From positions 121,098 to 185,097 of the forward strand of contig CAVRPK010000002.1 of the NCBI GenBank assembly GCA_963723105.1: DNA of 64,000 bases, read 5' to 3'. Under the pieces are notes generated by a model, which saw nothing but the letters and a program-made list of their open reading frames with translations, made no database searches and was not told the origin of the DNA. Made by a program: the position numbers and the translations under genes. The stretch comes from an uncultured Candidatus Micrarchaeota archaeon. GTDB lineage: Archaea; Micrarchaeota; Micrarchaeia; Anstonellales; Bilamarchaeaceae. Shown here piece by piece: positions 48,945-57,939 of the stretch (positions within the stretch are counted from its first letter, which is position 1; every line of letters starts with the position of its first letter).

Positions 48945-49376
48945 TTAAAATTTTGTTAGCATCAGCCCTGTTTTTTTATCTTTTTCTCTTTTGATCTGAG
49001 TTTCAAGAGGAAGCAATATTATCTCGCAGGTAGGCCCTACAATTCCACTAACTAGATGCCCTCCTACTGTGGAAAAGTCAGACTTTCCAAGAACTATGTG
49101 GATATGTGCTATGTGTTTGTCTTCTGCCGTCGAAATATTGCCAGTCATGGAAGCAATCTCAAACATACCCTCAAACATTCCAGAGCCATATTTTGCATAT
49201 ACAGTATCATAATGGGCAATTTCCGCATTTTTCAGCGAACCAATGCCAGATATATATGCACTTTTGATATTTTCTGCTTTGCAAACTTCTATTACTGATT
49301 TTTGGATTTCTTCTCCTTTATCTAGCCTTATTACAACTTCATATTCTCCTTTTTTCCACTGCATATATCGTTTCAC
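48945..49376 (-). CDS. PPC/DUF296 domain protein
   Basis: RLDKGEEI, GIGSL, HIHIVLG and GGHL motifs. Confidence 0.93.
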   Translation of the reverse strand: MKRYMQWKKGEYEVVIRLDKGEEIQKSVIEVCKAENIKSAYISGIGSLKNAEIAHYDTVYAKYGSGMFEGMFEIASMTGNISTAEDKHIAHIHIVLGKSDFSTVGGHLVSGIVGPTCEIILLPLETQIKREKDKKTGLMLTKF

Positions 49377-49381
49377 CTTAA

Positions 49382-49813
49382 CTATACTAATTCTTCTGCC
49401 TTGAAAATCCTCTCACAGTAATAACATCTGTAGCTTTCACTTTCTTTTTTGAATTTGTTGTTTGACTTTTCGCTATTTGTTATGCAGTTAGGGTTTGGGC
49501 ACTTTCCAGCATTTTCAAGTTCATCTGGAAGTTCTACCTTGAATTTATCAGCGACTTTTTCTCCTTTGATGATATTGATTGTAGAGCCTGGAGAAATCAA
49601 TGCAATAATGTCTGCAGAACTCTTGTCTACTATTTTTCCCTCGATTTTTACAATATCTTTTGTTCCTCCTTGTTTGCTTGGAACATGCATCATCAAAGCA
49701 ACTCTGTGAGGATAATCCTCAACAATGTTTAGAATCTCAAGAACCTTGTATCCTTTTCCTGGTTTAATGTGGTCAACTACTGTTCCCATTTCAATTGTAT
49801 CTACTTTGAGCAT
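49382..49813 (-). CDS. pyrI: Aspartate carbamoyltransferase regulatory subunit
   Basis: GTVVDHI, KDIVKIE, CPNPNCITN and CYYCE motifs. Confidence 0.97.
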   Translation of the reverse strand: MLKVDTIEMGTVVDHIKPGKGYKVLEILNIVEDYPHRVALMMHVPSKQGGTKDIVKIEGKIVDKSSADIIALISPGSTINIIKGEKVADKFKVELPDELENAGKCPNPNCITNSEKSNNKFKKESESYRCYYCERIFKAEELV

Positions 49814-49818
49814 TCATA

Positions 49819-50706
49819 TCACCTTAGAATATAATCAAGAACTGCTTGCCTTAGCGGAATTCCGTAATGCGCCTGTTCGAAATATTTTGCCTGTGGCATC
49901 TCATCAATCGAGCTTTCAATTTCATTTATCTTTGGAAGTGGATGCAAAATTACCAAATCTTCCTTTGCATCTTTCAAATCTGCTTTCTTTATTCTGAACT
50001 TTTCCTGAACGCTTTGTGCTTCATAAGGATCTGCAAATCGCTCTGCCTGAATCCTACAAACATAAAGAACATCGGCATTTGAGTAATCTGGTTTGTTATC
50101 TACCTTTACATCAAGTCCGAATTTGTCATTTACTTCTTTAAGGTATTTCTTGTCCATCTCAAGACCAGAAGGAGAAACTAGGGTAACATTTGCACCAAAC
50201 ATTCCAAGTCCATAAACAAGAGATCTCATTGTTCTCGCATGTTTCAGGTCTCCAAGAAGAGTGATGTTCAAATCTTTTATTCTTCCTTTTGTTCTTTTTA
50301 TTGAAAATAAGTCAATCAGTGTTTGGGTTGGATGTTGGTTTCCACCGTCTCCGCCATTTACTACTGGTTTTTTTATTACAGTCGATGCAAGCCTTACAGC
50401 CCCCTCTTTTGGATGTCTGATTGCAAGTGCATCTGCATACCCCTCGACTGTTTTCAAAGTGTCTGCAAAACTTTCTCCTTTTTTGAGAGAACTAGTTCCT
50501 GGTGAAAAATCCAGCACTTCCATTCCGCATCTCATTGCTGCTGACTGGAATGATAATTTGGTTCTTGTCGATGGTTCAAAGAACATCGTTGCAAGTATTT
50601 TCCCGCCAAGATCAACCTTTGCTTCGCCGTTATCAATTTTTTCAGCGTGATCTAAAATCCCTTCAATGTCTTTACTGTCTATGTCTCTGATAGAAATCAG
50701 GTTCAT
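49819..50706 (-). CDS. pyrB: Aspartate carbamoyltransferase catalytic subunit
   Basis: FFEPSTRT, HPTQTLIDL and HPLP motifs. Confidence 0.97.
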   Translation of the reverse strand: MNLISIRDIDSKDIEGILDHAEKIDNGEAKVDLGGKILATMFFEPSTRTKLSFQSAAMRCGMEVLDFSPGTSSLKKGESFADTLKTVEGYADALAIRHPKEGAVRLASTVIKKPVVNGGDGGNQHPTQTLIDLFSIKRTKGRIKDLNITLLGDLKHARTMRSLVYGLGMFGANVTLVSPSGLEMDKKYLKEVNDKFGLDVKVDNKPDYSNADVLYVCRIQAERFADPYEAQSVQEKFRIKKADLKDAKEDLVILHPLPKINEIESSIDEMPQAKYFEQAHYGIPLRQAVLDYILR

Positions 50707-50839
50707 TTATTGCACCATAACCTATAGATAAATTAAGTTTAAAAAATAGGCTAACGCTGCTCCTATTTTTTCATGTTGGGCAGACAATCCAAAACAGTAG
50801 CTTTTTCTTCTTTTTCTTTTTAACTATCAAAAGAATCAT

Positions 50840-51403
50840 ATGCTAATCGTATTTGAAGGTGTGGATGGCTCTGGAAAAGGAACACAGGTAAAGCTTCTTG
50901 CAAAAAAACTGGATGCAGTTGTTTTCAAATATCCAACATCCAAATTTCAAATGCTCAATGATTTTCTCGAGAAAAAAAGAACAATTGATCCAAAATCCCT
51001 TTTTCTGCTATTCCTGGCAGATATTGCAGAAGATCAGGAAAATGTGAAGAAGGCACTTGATGATGGAAAAAACGTGATTCTTGATCGATACATCTTTTCA
51101 ACAATCTCATACGAAGTAAATAGTATTGATCATGAGCGTGGAAAGAGAATCGTTGAAGGAATTAATTTCATCAAACCAGATATTGTGATTCTTCTTGATA
51201 TTGATTCTAAAACATCTCAAGGCAGAAAAACTGCACAAAAGAAGCTCGACCGCTACGAAGAAGATGCGGTTTATCTTAATAGAGTTCGGACAAATTTCCA
51301 AAGGCTTGCAGAAGAAAGGTTTTTAACACCTAATTGGCACATGATTGATTCTACTAAGGATATCAACACTATTCATGCTGAAATTGTGAAACTTTTATCT
51401 TAA
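50840..51403 (+). CDS. tmk: Thymidylate kinase
   Basis: FEGVDGSGKGTQ and DRY motifs. Confidence 0.95.
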   Translation: MLIVFEGVDGSGKGTQVKLLAKKLDAVVFKYPTSKFQMLNDFLEKKRTIDPKSLFLLFLADIAEDQENVKKALDDGKNVILDRYIFSTISYEVNSIDHERGKRIVEGINFIKPDIVILLDIDSKTSQGRKTAQKKLDRYEEDAVYLNRVRTNFQRLAEERFLTPNWHMIDSTKDINTIHAEIVKLLS

Positions 51404-51478
51404 GCTGCGTTCGTCTAGTCCGGTCAAGGATTGTGGACTTTCACTCCATCGACCTGGGTTCGAATCCCAGACGCAGCA
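51404..51478 (+). tRNA. tRNA-Glu(TTC), intronless
   Basis: Acceptor stem GCTGCGT/ACGCAGC, anticodon arm GTGGA-CTTTCAC-TCCAT, T-arm CTGGG-TTCGAAT-CCCAG. Confidence 0.95.
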
Positions 51479-51512
51479 ATTTATTCTTCAATAGCCTCAT
51501 TACTGTCTAATC

Positions 51513-52556
51513 TTATTTATTCCAAATCGCGTCAATGCTGCTATTACTCGTATCAGAAGCATCCTGGAGAATTTGATTAAATCTGATCATAGCATCATCC
51601 ATGGTTCTTCTATGTAGTTTGCTAAGTGAATCTCGTAGTAGATCGTTCTCTCCAGTATAATCAATCGTCTCACTGACATTGGAGAGAAGGGTATCTGACG
51701 AGCTTCCGTCAAGCTCTGAAATGTCTGCACTTAAAACTGCCTCTCTTATTTCAGGATCAAGATTCTCAAGAGCTGCAATTGTGTCTTCCCCAGAAAAGTT
51801 TTCATTAGCAAAAATCCTGCTTTGCATATGCGTGAGCATCAGATCTATCATGCTTAGTGGAAGCCTTTCCATAATCAGCGCAGCATCAATATTTCCATCT
51901 AAAATCTCATCTACAATTCTCATCATTCCCCTTGCCATTGCAAGAGTTGCTTCTCCAAGAAGCCTTAGGCATTCTGCATCATAGCTCTCATTATCATTCA
52001 AATTTCTTAGGTAATTCAGAACAAGCGGGGAAAACCCTTCACTATTTTCTCTCATCACTCCAGCATCTGCAAGCATTTCAAGTGCGCGCATAACTCCTTC
52101 AATGTCAGAGCTTTCCATAAGCTCAAGAAGTCTATAATCTGGTGAATGGGAATCTGGAATGTCGTTTTCAGGATTCTGCAATCCTTTTGATGAAACTGGA
52201 TTAAAATAATCAAGATATCCATTTACTGAATAGTCTGCAGGCTCTCCTATTTTTTCACATGATATCTCTCTGCCATCTGGAAAATCTCTGGAAATTCTTT
52301 TCAGTAGTGGTCTTGCTTTTTCTTCACTTCTCACCCTTACTCTAACTCTTATTTTCTGTTCTGTTTCATTATTTTCTGGCTCTGCAATTTGATGTACTGT
52401 AGGTGGCCTTACAGTTATTTCTGGCTCTCTTGGTCTGTCGCACATATTATACATTAATCCTGCAACTATCAGTGTTGCTGATGCTGCAGCAAATGCACAT
52501 ACTTTCTTAGAAATGCCTTTTGTATCTCCTCTATGGGACTTCAAATGTCTAACCAT
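51513..52556 (-). CDS. Hypothetical N-terminally anchored acidic helical protein
   Basis: 347-aa ORF with a basic leader and one hydrophobic helix. Confidence 0.7.
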   Translation of the reverse strand: MVRHLKSHRGDTKGISKKVCAFAAASATLIVAGLMYNMCDRPREPEITVRPPTVHQIAEPENNETEQKIRVRVRVRSEEKARPLLKRISRDFPDGREISCEKIGEPADYSVNGYLDYFNPVSSKGLQNPENDIPDSHSPDYRLLELMESSDIEGVMRALEMLADAGVMRENSEGFSPLVLNYLRNLNDNESYDAECLRLLGEATLAMARGMMRIVDEILDGNIDAALIMERLPLSMIDLMLTHMQSRIFANENFSGEDTIAALENLDPEIREAVLSADISELDGSSSDTLLSNVSETIDYTGENDLLRDSLSKLHRRTMDDAMIRFNQILQDASDTSNSSIDAIWNK

Positions 52557-52649
52557 AATATGTCACTTTTGACCAATTATCCTTATATTACTATCTGTGT
52601 TAAACAAGGTATTTTAAAGGCAATTATCAATCAATTAATTGATACTTTT

Positions 52650-53261
52650 ATGTCTAGACTTTCTACTGTTCCAGGAGTTTTCAATTTTGCTGATGCCTTG
52701 GCACAAGAAAAAAAAGGGAAAAGGCTTATACCAAACAGTCTTGTTTCAAAAGTTATTGCTGAAGGCATTCAGGACTCTAGTCCAGGCAGCAAGGTCTGGA
52801 CAAGAACAATCATTGCATTTCCTGCTCCTGGTCTTGCTTTTGGCTATGAAGTTTGTTTTACAAATCGTCCCTATTCTTTTGTTCTTGATACAAGTCAATT
52901 TAGCAAAGAGAAAAATGTTGCCTTGGTATTTGATGATTTTTCTATTCATAGGGATGGACGAAGAGTAGAATTCATTCCAAGAAGCATTGATGTTATAACT
53001 GACTTTCCGCAGGAGAGTGGCTGGTGCGGTTCGAGCAAAAACGGGATCCCTCAGCATAACTCCAAATATGATCTTTATCTGTGGAGATGGGCATGTGAGA
53101 TGATTGTTCCTATAGTTCGCTTCCCCGCAAGCACAGGGTCTTTTGGACCAAAAGACTTTTTCCTAAACCATCGCCATTCTGATCGTTTTGGTGTTTTACT
53201 CTCATCTGATGAACTTGTGAAAGATCAGGTTGTTCCGATTCGCCTCGTCCAATCAGTTTAA
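52650..53261 (+). CDS. Hypothetical protein, C-terminus reminiscent of C-type-lectin-fold proteins
   Basis: Start taken at the ATG at 52650 (MSRLSTV...); C-terminal YLWR...IVR...LNHRHSDRFGVL. Confidence 0.55.
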   Translation: MSRLSTVPGVFNFADALAQEKKGKRLIPNSLVSKVIAEGIQDSSPGSKVWTRTIIAFPAPGLAFGYEVCFTNRPYSFVLDTSQFSKEKNVALVFDDFSIHRDGRRVEFIPRSIDVITDFPQESGWCGSSKNGIPQHNSKYDLYLWRWACEMIVPIVRFPASTGSFGPKDFFLNHRHSDRFGVLLSSDELVKDQVVPIRLVQSV

Positions 53262-53285
53262 TTTCTTTTTTATCTGAATTAACCC

Positions 53286-54221
53286 ATGCGGATTCTGTTA
53301 TTTCTGTTTCTTCTCTCTGCTTTTTCATTTTCACTAAATGTAACCCATTTTCTTAATCTTGAAAATGAAATGGTCTGTCCGGATAATGATCTTGTTATGA
53401 CTGCAATTTCCTCAGATGGATCTCCAGGCTCAGCAGTAGAGCTTCGTGTTGTTCTACATCATCCTTACCAGGGTCTTCGTGCTGTCAAAACAACTGACAA
53501 GAATGGCATTGCTGTTGCAGAATTAACCAAGACTGGACTATATCGAATTTACATAAACACAGAATTTTACAATCATGATGATTTTGTTGAATTTAATTAT
53601 TCAGAACTTTGTCCAGCCCCGCCGCCAAAACAATTCAATGTTTCTGTTACTCCTCTTTGCAACCAAAGCAGGTTGATGGTTCAGGTTTCAGATGGTGATG
53701 ATCCTTTGCAGGATGTTTTTGTCAGAACTCTCAACTGGTCCTCAACAACAAACAACTATGGACAGGTTATTTTTCCTCTTGATGAAGGGTATGTGTACAT
53801 AGTTGCAAACACGTCTGGATTCCTAAGACAGGAATTTTGGATTGACATAAACTGTACACCAGCACCACCTCCTCCACCACCAGAATGTTTACAAAATCTA
53901 GATTGCGCCTTCAATCAGATTTGTGAAAATGAAACATGCCTGAATATTTCAGGAACGTGCGGATATGCAGAAAACCATAGCTGGATAAACTATGAATGTT
54001 GCGAGGATAATGACTGCGGCTACAAGATGATCTGCACAAATAACAGCTGCATAATCAAACCTGACCACAAGCCAAACATCACAGAAAACACTTCTTTGAA
54101 CGAGTCAAGCCCATCAACTTTGGCTGAAGATGAGGGCCCTTCACAAATCCAACTTGGTATTATTGTTGCTATTCTCATTTTGCTAATTATTACTGGATAT
54201 TTTGTTCTAAAGAAAAAATAA
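53286..54221 (+). CDS. Secreted surface protein with Ig-like modules, poly-Pro linker, Cys-rich repeats and C-terminal TM anchor
   Basis: Signal peptide, PAPPPPPPEC, CxxxxDC...C repeats, TM helix and KKK tail. Confidence 0.8.
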   Translation: MRILLFLFLLSAFSFSLNVTHFLNLENEMVCPDNDLVMTAISSDGSPGSAVELRVVLHHPYQGLRAVKTTDKNGIAVAELTKTGLYRIYINTEFYNHDDFVEFNYSELCPAPPPKQFNVSVTPLCNQSRLMVQVSDGDDPLQDVFVRTLNWSSTTNNYGQVIFPLDEGYVYIVANTSGFLRQEFWIDINCTPAPPPPPPECLQNLDCAFNQICENETCLNISGTCGYAENHSWINYECCEDNDCGYKMICTNNSCIIKPDHKPNITENTSLNESSPSTLAEDEGPSQIQLGIIVAILILLIITGYFVLKKK

Positions 54222-54308
54222 GAGGGCTTCAGCTTGAAAGCTGCACTTTCAAGATTGCACAAACCTCTTGAGATTCGCAGCAGGTAATCAATGAACAAAA
54301 ACAGAGTT

Positions 54309-54563
54309 GTGGGCTTCCCGGTTAGCTTTTAGCAAACATACAAGGAGCCAACCCAATCCACTCAATCCTGGATCTTACAAGCATGGAATAAAATGTTTAG
54401 GGCTGCTTCTTTCGATCTGACCCGATTCACACAGTATCCCACCATATAAGGCAGGACGTCAACGCTTCAAGAGGCTGGGCATGTATATTCACCAAAACGC
54501 CCCGGGCATTCGAGTCACCTAAGGGGATTTGTGATGCCGGGACCCCTAGCCCCGCTCTAGCCC
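54309..54563 (-). ncRNA. ffs: Signal recognition particle (7S/SRP) RNA
   Basis: Helix-8 signature GGGTCAGATC-GAAA-GAAGCAGCCC on the minus strand; complementary termini GGGCT...AGCCC; GC-rich intergenic region; TATA-like TTTAAA upstream. Confidence 0.88.
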
Positions 54564-54718
54564 ATTAATATAATGCAATTGGCGCTTTTAAATTATGCTG
54601 ATATGATCAAACATCACTTCCAAAGACAAAATATTGCATTTTTCATACCTACCTTATTCTTTTACTACTATTCACCACAAAAAGCAACTTTATAAACACT
54701 TTTACGTTAAATAATACT

Positions 54719-55423
54719 ATGGACCAGCCTCTAATTGCAAAAATAGAGTACAATCACAATTGCATTTGCTCAGATATCCCAGAACGTTTTCCAGATACAA
54801 ACATCAGATATATCGCTGAGCTTGGTCAGAAAAATAATACCATATCTCATTTGTTTAATGTATCAAATGGGGAGATCTCACGATTTTTGAATTGCTGGAA
54901 GGCTCATCCAACTATGAAGGGACTTCAGGTCATTAGAAAAACAAATGATTCTGCCGATGTCATCACAATAACTGAGGAAGATGCTTCAACAGCACATGCT
55001 CTACATGATGCAAACTGTGCATTCATTTCAAATCCTATCTATGATTCTGGTGTTGAGCGTATCAAAGTCTTTGCACCCTCATTTGATTCGCTGCGAGGAT
55101 TTCTTGATTCATTGAAAAACAGCTACAACATAACAGTCAAATCAAAACATTATCTCAAACCCGCAGAAAAGATCTGCCCAGAAAATCCTCTTAGCAGTGG
55201 TTATTCTGATTTGGTATCTGCAACTGATCTTCTTTCAAAAAGGCAAATACGTGCATTTAGCCTCGCAAGTAACTATGGCTATTATGACATGCCAAAGAGA
55301 TGTACTCTAGCTAAAATCGCGAAAGAGATGGGCATTAGCGATGCTGCTGCAGGAGAACTTTTGAGGAAGGTTGAAAAGAAACTTCTTCCAACATTAGCAA
55401 AAATTATCGAGAGCAGAAACTAG
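54719..55423 (+). CDS. Transcriptional regulator with C-terminal HTH_10 (Bat-like) domain
   Basis: LSKRQ...GYYDMPKRCTLAKIAKEMGIS...ELLRKVE. Confidence 0.9.
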   Translation: MDQPLIAKIEYNHNCICSDIPERFPDTNIRYIAELGQKNNTISHLFNVSNGEISRFLNCWKAHPTMKGLQVIRKTNDSADVITITEEDASTAHALHDANCAFISNPIYDSGVERIKVFAPSFDSLRGFLDSLKNSYNITVKSKHYLKPAEKICPENPLSSGYSDLVSATDLLSKRQIRAFSLASNYGYYDMPKRCTLAKIAKEMGISDAAAGELLRKVEKKLLPTLAKIIESRN

Positions 55424-55489
55424 TTTTTATTAGAGTGCTTGCGTACACAAGCACCAGACTAATATCCTACTTAAACCACTATTTGTCTT

Positions 55490-56659
55490 ATGAAGACACA
55501 AAAACAATTGATGTTTCCAAACATCTCAAAAAAGTTCAAAGGAAGGTTTCCAAAAGGTTTTGTAAATGATTGCCATGGTTGGAATTTTTCAAAAGCAGAA
55601 CTCATTGCTGCAAAGAAATCTGGTAAAATGCTTACTATGGATCTTGATATGTCTGGTAAGCCAAGTTGCAGTCTTCGCTGCGGCCACTGCTTTAATTCTG
55701 TTCTAAAGCTCATGGAAAATAAAGGGGATTTACTTACTGAAGGCGAAATAAAATCAATTCTTATGGAGGCAAAACAGCTTGGGCTTCGGTCAGTAAAGAT
55801 CATAGGCCCAGGTGAGCCTCTTGAAGAGAGAACACTGATTCCTTTTCTTGAGTTCATGATAGAAAATGGAATCAAACCATTGATTTTTACCAAAGCAACT
55901 GCGCTTGGAAATCCTAAGCTGTCACTTGGAATTCATGGTATGGCTCCTGATGAGCTTGCAAGGCGTCTTCGGGAGGATTTTGATGTTACTATCTGCTTTG
56001 GTGCAAACTCTTTCAATCCAGGATTACAATCATCAATTGTTGGAAGAGCATGGTATCCAGAAACCCGCAATCGCGCACTTGAAATTCTAGCAGATCATGG
56101 TTTCAATGAATTTGTACCTGGAAAACCAACAAGACTTACATTGATCATGAATCCGATTCTGGTGAGTAATCTTGATGAAGTTTTTGATGTTTATGTCTGG
56201 TCAAAAGTTCGCAATATAGGAGTCATATCCTCACCCACAATGGTTTCAGGCTCTTGTGCAAACCCTGAGGTATATTCCAAAATAACTCCATCTAGAGAAG
56301 AGCTCATTTCTCTTTATGTCAAAATCAACAAATGGTCAATTGAACATGGACTATACTCTCTTGATGAAGTGGAGCGTGATGGAATTGCATCTTATGTTGG
56401 CTCCCGCCCTTGCCAGCAGGTTGGTCTTGGAATGTTTTTGAGGCGTGATGGTCTTGCACTTCGCTGTCCTGGTGATGATGTTTCTATACAAGGGCATCTT
56501 CGTCAAAATAGTTTGACAGAAATCTGGAGCCAAAGCGAGAACCTTCATGAACATAGCGGCAAAATCAATGTTGGCTGCCCTCCAAAGATCGGAAAGTCAA
56601 TTCCAGAAGGTTTCTTCCAGGAAGTTTTGGAAAAACTAAAACAGGTCGTGCAATCTTAG
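55490..56659 (+). CDS. Radical SAM protein with C-terminal Cys-containing (SPASM/twitch-like) domain
   Basis: CSLRCGHC, GPGEPL and C-terminal CQQ...DG...CPG...GHLRQNSLTEIW...GCP. Confidence 0.9.
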   Translation: MKTQKQLMFPNISKKFKGRFPKGFVNDCHGWNFSKAELIAAKKSGKMLTMDLDMSGKPSCSLRCGHCFNSVLKLMENKGDLLTEGEIKSILMEAKQLGLRSVKIIGPGEPLEERTLIPFLEFMIENGIKPLIFTKATALGNPKLSLGIHGMAPDELARRLREDFDVTICFGANSFNPGLQSSIVGRAWYPETRNRALEILADHGFNEFVPGKPTRLTLIMNPILVSNLDEVFDVYVWSKVRNIGVISSPTMVSGSCANPEVYSKITPSREELISLYVKINKWSIEHGLYSLDEVERDGIASYVGSRPCQQVGLGMFLRRDGLALRCPGDDVSIQGHLRQNSLTEIWSQSENLHEHSGKINVGCPPKIGKSIPEGFFQEVLEKLKQVVQS

Positions 56660-57210
56660 ATTGCATACCTGACTCTTTTTTCTACTTTTGCAACTCTCTT
56701 TAGAACTGGCTCTGCTTTAGAATAAGTTTTGTATCCGGCTATGAATGCATCCTTTTCTGATATTGCACGAAGCATGGTAAAAACATCAACTGCCTTATCT
56801 TCAATATCTGTTGAAATAAAACCAAGGCCAAAATCAATGATATAAATCCCGTCAGAATTTTCAATAAGATTTGCAGGAGTATAATCCCCATGTATAATAT
56901 CAGCGCTATGAAGCTTTGCCAAAATCTCTCCAGCAATTCTAGATTCTTCACTATTCATTTCAGGTCTTTCTCCATCCAGAAAGCTCATAAAAATTTCGAA
57001 TTCGTTAACTTGCAGAACTGTTGGGCATTTTACCCCAACCAGCTTAGCCTTGTGAAGAAGCCTTGCTTCGCTTCTTGTTCTCTCTCTTCTTAGTTTTTCA
57101 TCAATCTCTTTGAGCCTGTAGCTTTTTGCAATTCGCCTTTTCACAATTGCATTATTTCCAATAACCTCAGTTTTTGAAAGAACTGCTTCTGCTCCTCTCA
57201 ATTCATTCAC
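56656..57210 (-). CDS. bud32: KEOPS complex kinase Bud32
   Basis: GAEA, KSYR, RTRSEARLL, HGDYTPAN, IDFGL and EDKAVD motifs. Confidence 0.95.
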   Translation of the reverse strand: MNELRGAEAVLSKTEVIGNNAIVKRRIAKSYRLKEIDEKLRRERTRSEARLLHKAKLVGVKCPTVLQVNEFEIFMSFLDGERPEMNSEESRIAGEILAKLHSADIIHGDYTPANLIENSDGIYIIDFGLGFISTDIEDKAVDVFTMLRAISEKDAFIAGYKTYSKAEPVLKRVAKVEKRVRYAI

Positions 57211-57935
57211 CCAAAGAGTAATTTTGAGAATACTATTATTATGACAAACATTATCACAAAGTTTATCATTATCGCAGGACCAATTATCATTCCTCCAACA
57301 AAAAGCAAAAATCCAACACTAAGCAGCCAGATCATTCTTTTCCAGGCATATACCTTGCTTCCATCAAGCGGGAATGCCGGAATCATGTTGAACAGAGCGA
57401 GAATCAAATTCATTGCAGCTCCAAATTGCCATACATTTAGTATTCCGTATGCAATTCCAAATCCTGCAAATCCACCTTCAAACTTTGCTAGAAATGAATA
57501 ATATTGTTCTATTGGGGCAATTGAATTCAGGGCAACAAAGAAAGCAACTAATATGATGTTTAGTGCAGGCCCTGCTAGAGAAATAATCCCATTTTCTTTT
57601 CTTGTGATGTGTCTTGCTTCAATATATACCGCACCTGGAGCTGCAAATAAAACTCCCAAAATGGAAGTTGCGAGCATGAATATTAGTCCCTGAGTCCACA
57701 TTCTGAATCTTGCATGCGCGCCATAATATATTGCAACTAATTTGTGTGCCATTTCATGGAGTATGAATCCGCTTCCAACTGTCACAAACAGCGGTGCTAG
57801 AAATACTAAAAATTCTGTTGGTGAATCAAGTATTCCTTCTGGCCTTGCAAATACTATCCCAAGTGCAACTGAAATAGCAACAACACTAATCGCAATCTGT
57901 ATTATTTCGTCTTTTTCTAGATATAACCTGTACAA
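57207..57935 (-). CDS. Site-2 protease (M50) membrane metalloprotease
   Basis: HEMAH, AGP and NMIPAFPLDG motifs. Confidence 0.95.
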   Translation of the reverse strand: MYRLYLEKDEIIQIAISVVAISVALGIVFARPEGILDSPTEFLVFLAPLFVTVGSGFILHEMAHKLVAIYYGAHARFRMWTQGLIFMLATSILGVLFAAPGAVYIEARHITRKENGIISLAGPALNIILVAFFVALNSIAPIEQYYSFLAKFEGGFAGFGIAYGILNVWQFGAAMNLILALFNMIPAFPLDGSKVYAWKRMIWLLSVGFLLFVGGMIIGPAIMINFVIMFVIIIVFSKLLFG

Positions 57936-57939
57936 TCAT

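Noticed and set aside
50741..50771. Inverted repeat AAAAAATAGG/CCTATTTTTT between pyrB and tmk
   Set aside because: Mostly A/T runs with low information content; it cannot be distinguished from background.
54225..54563. RNase P RNA
   Set aside because: No GAGGAAAGUCC or AACAGAA P4 motifs; the SRP helix-8 signature is present instead.
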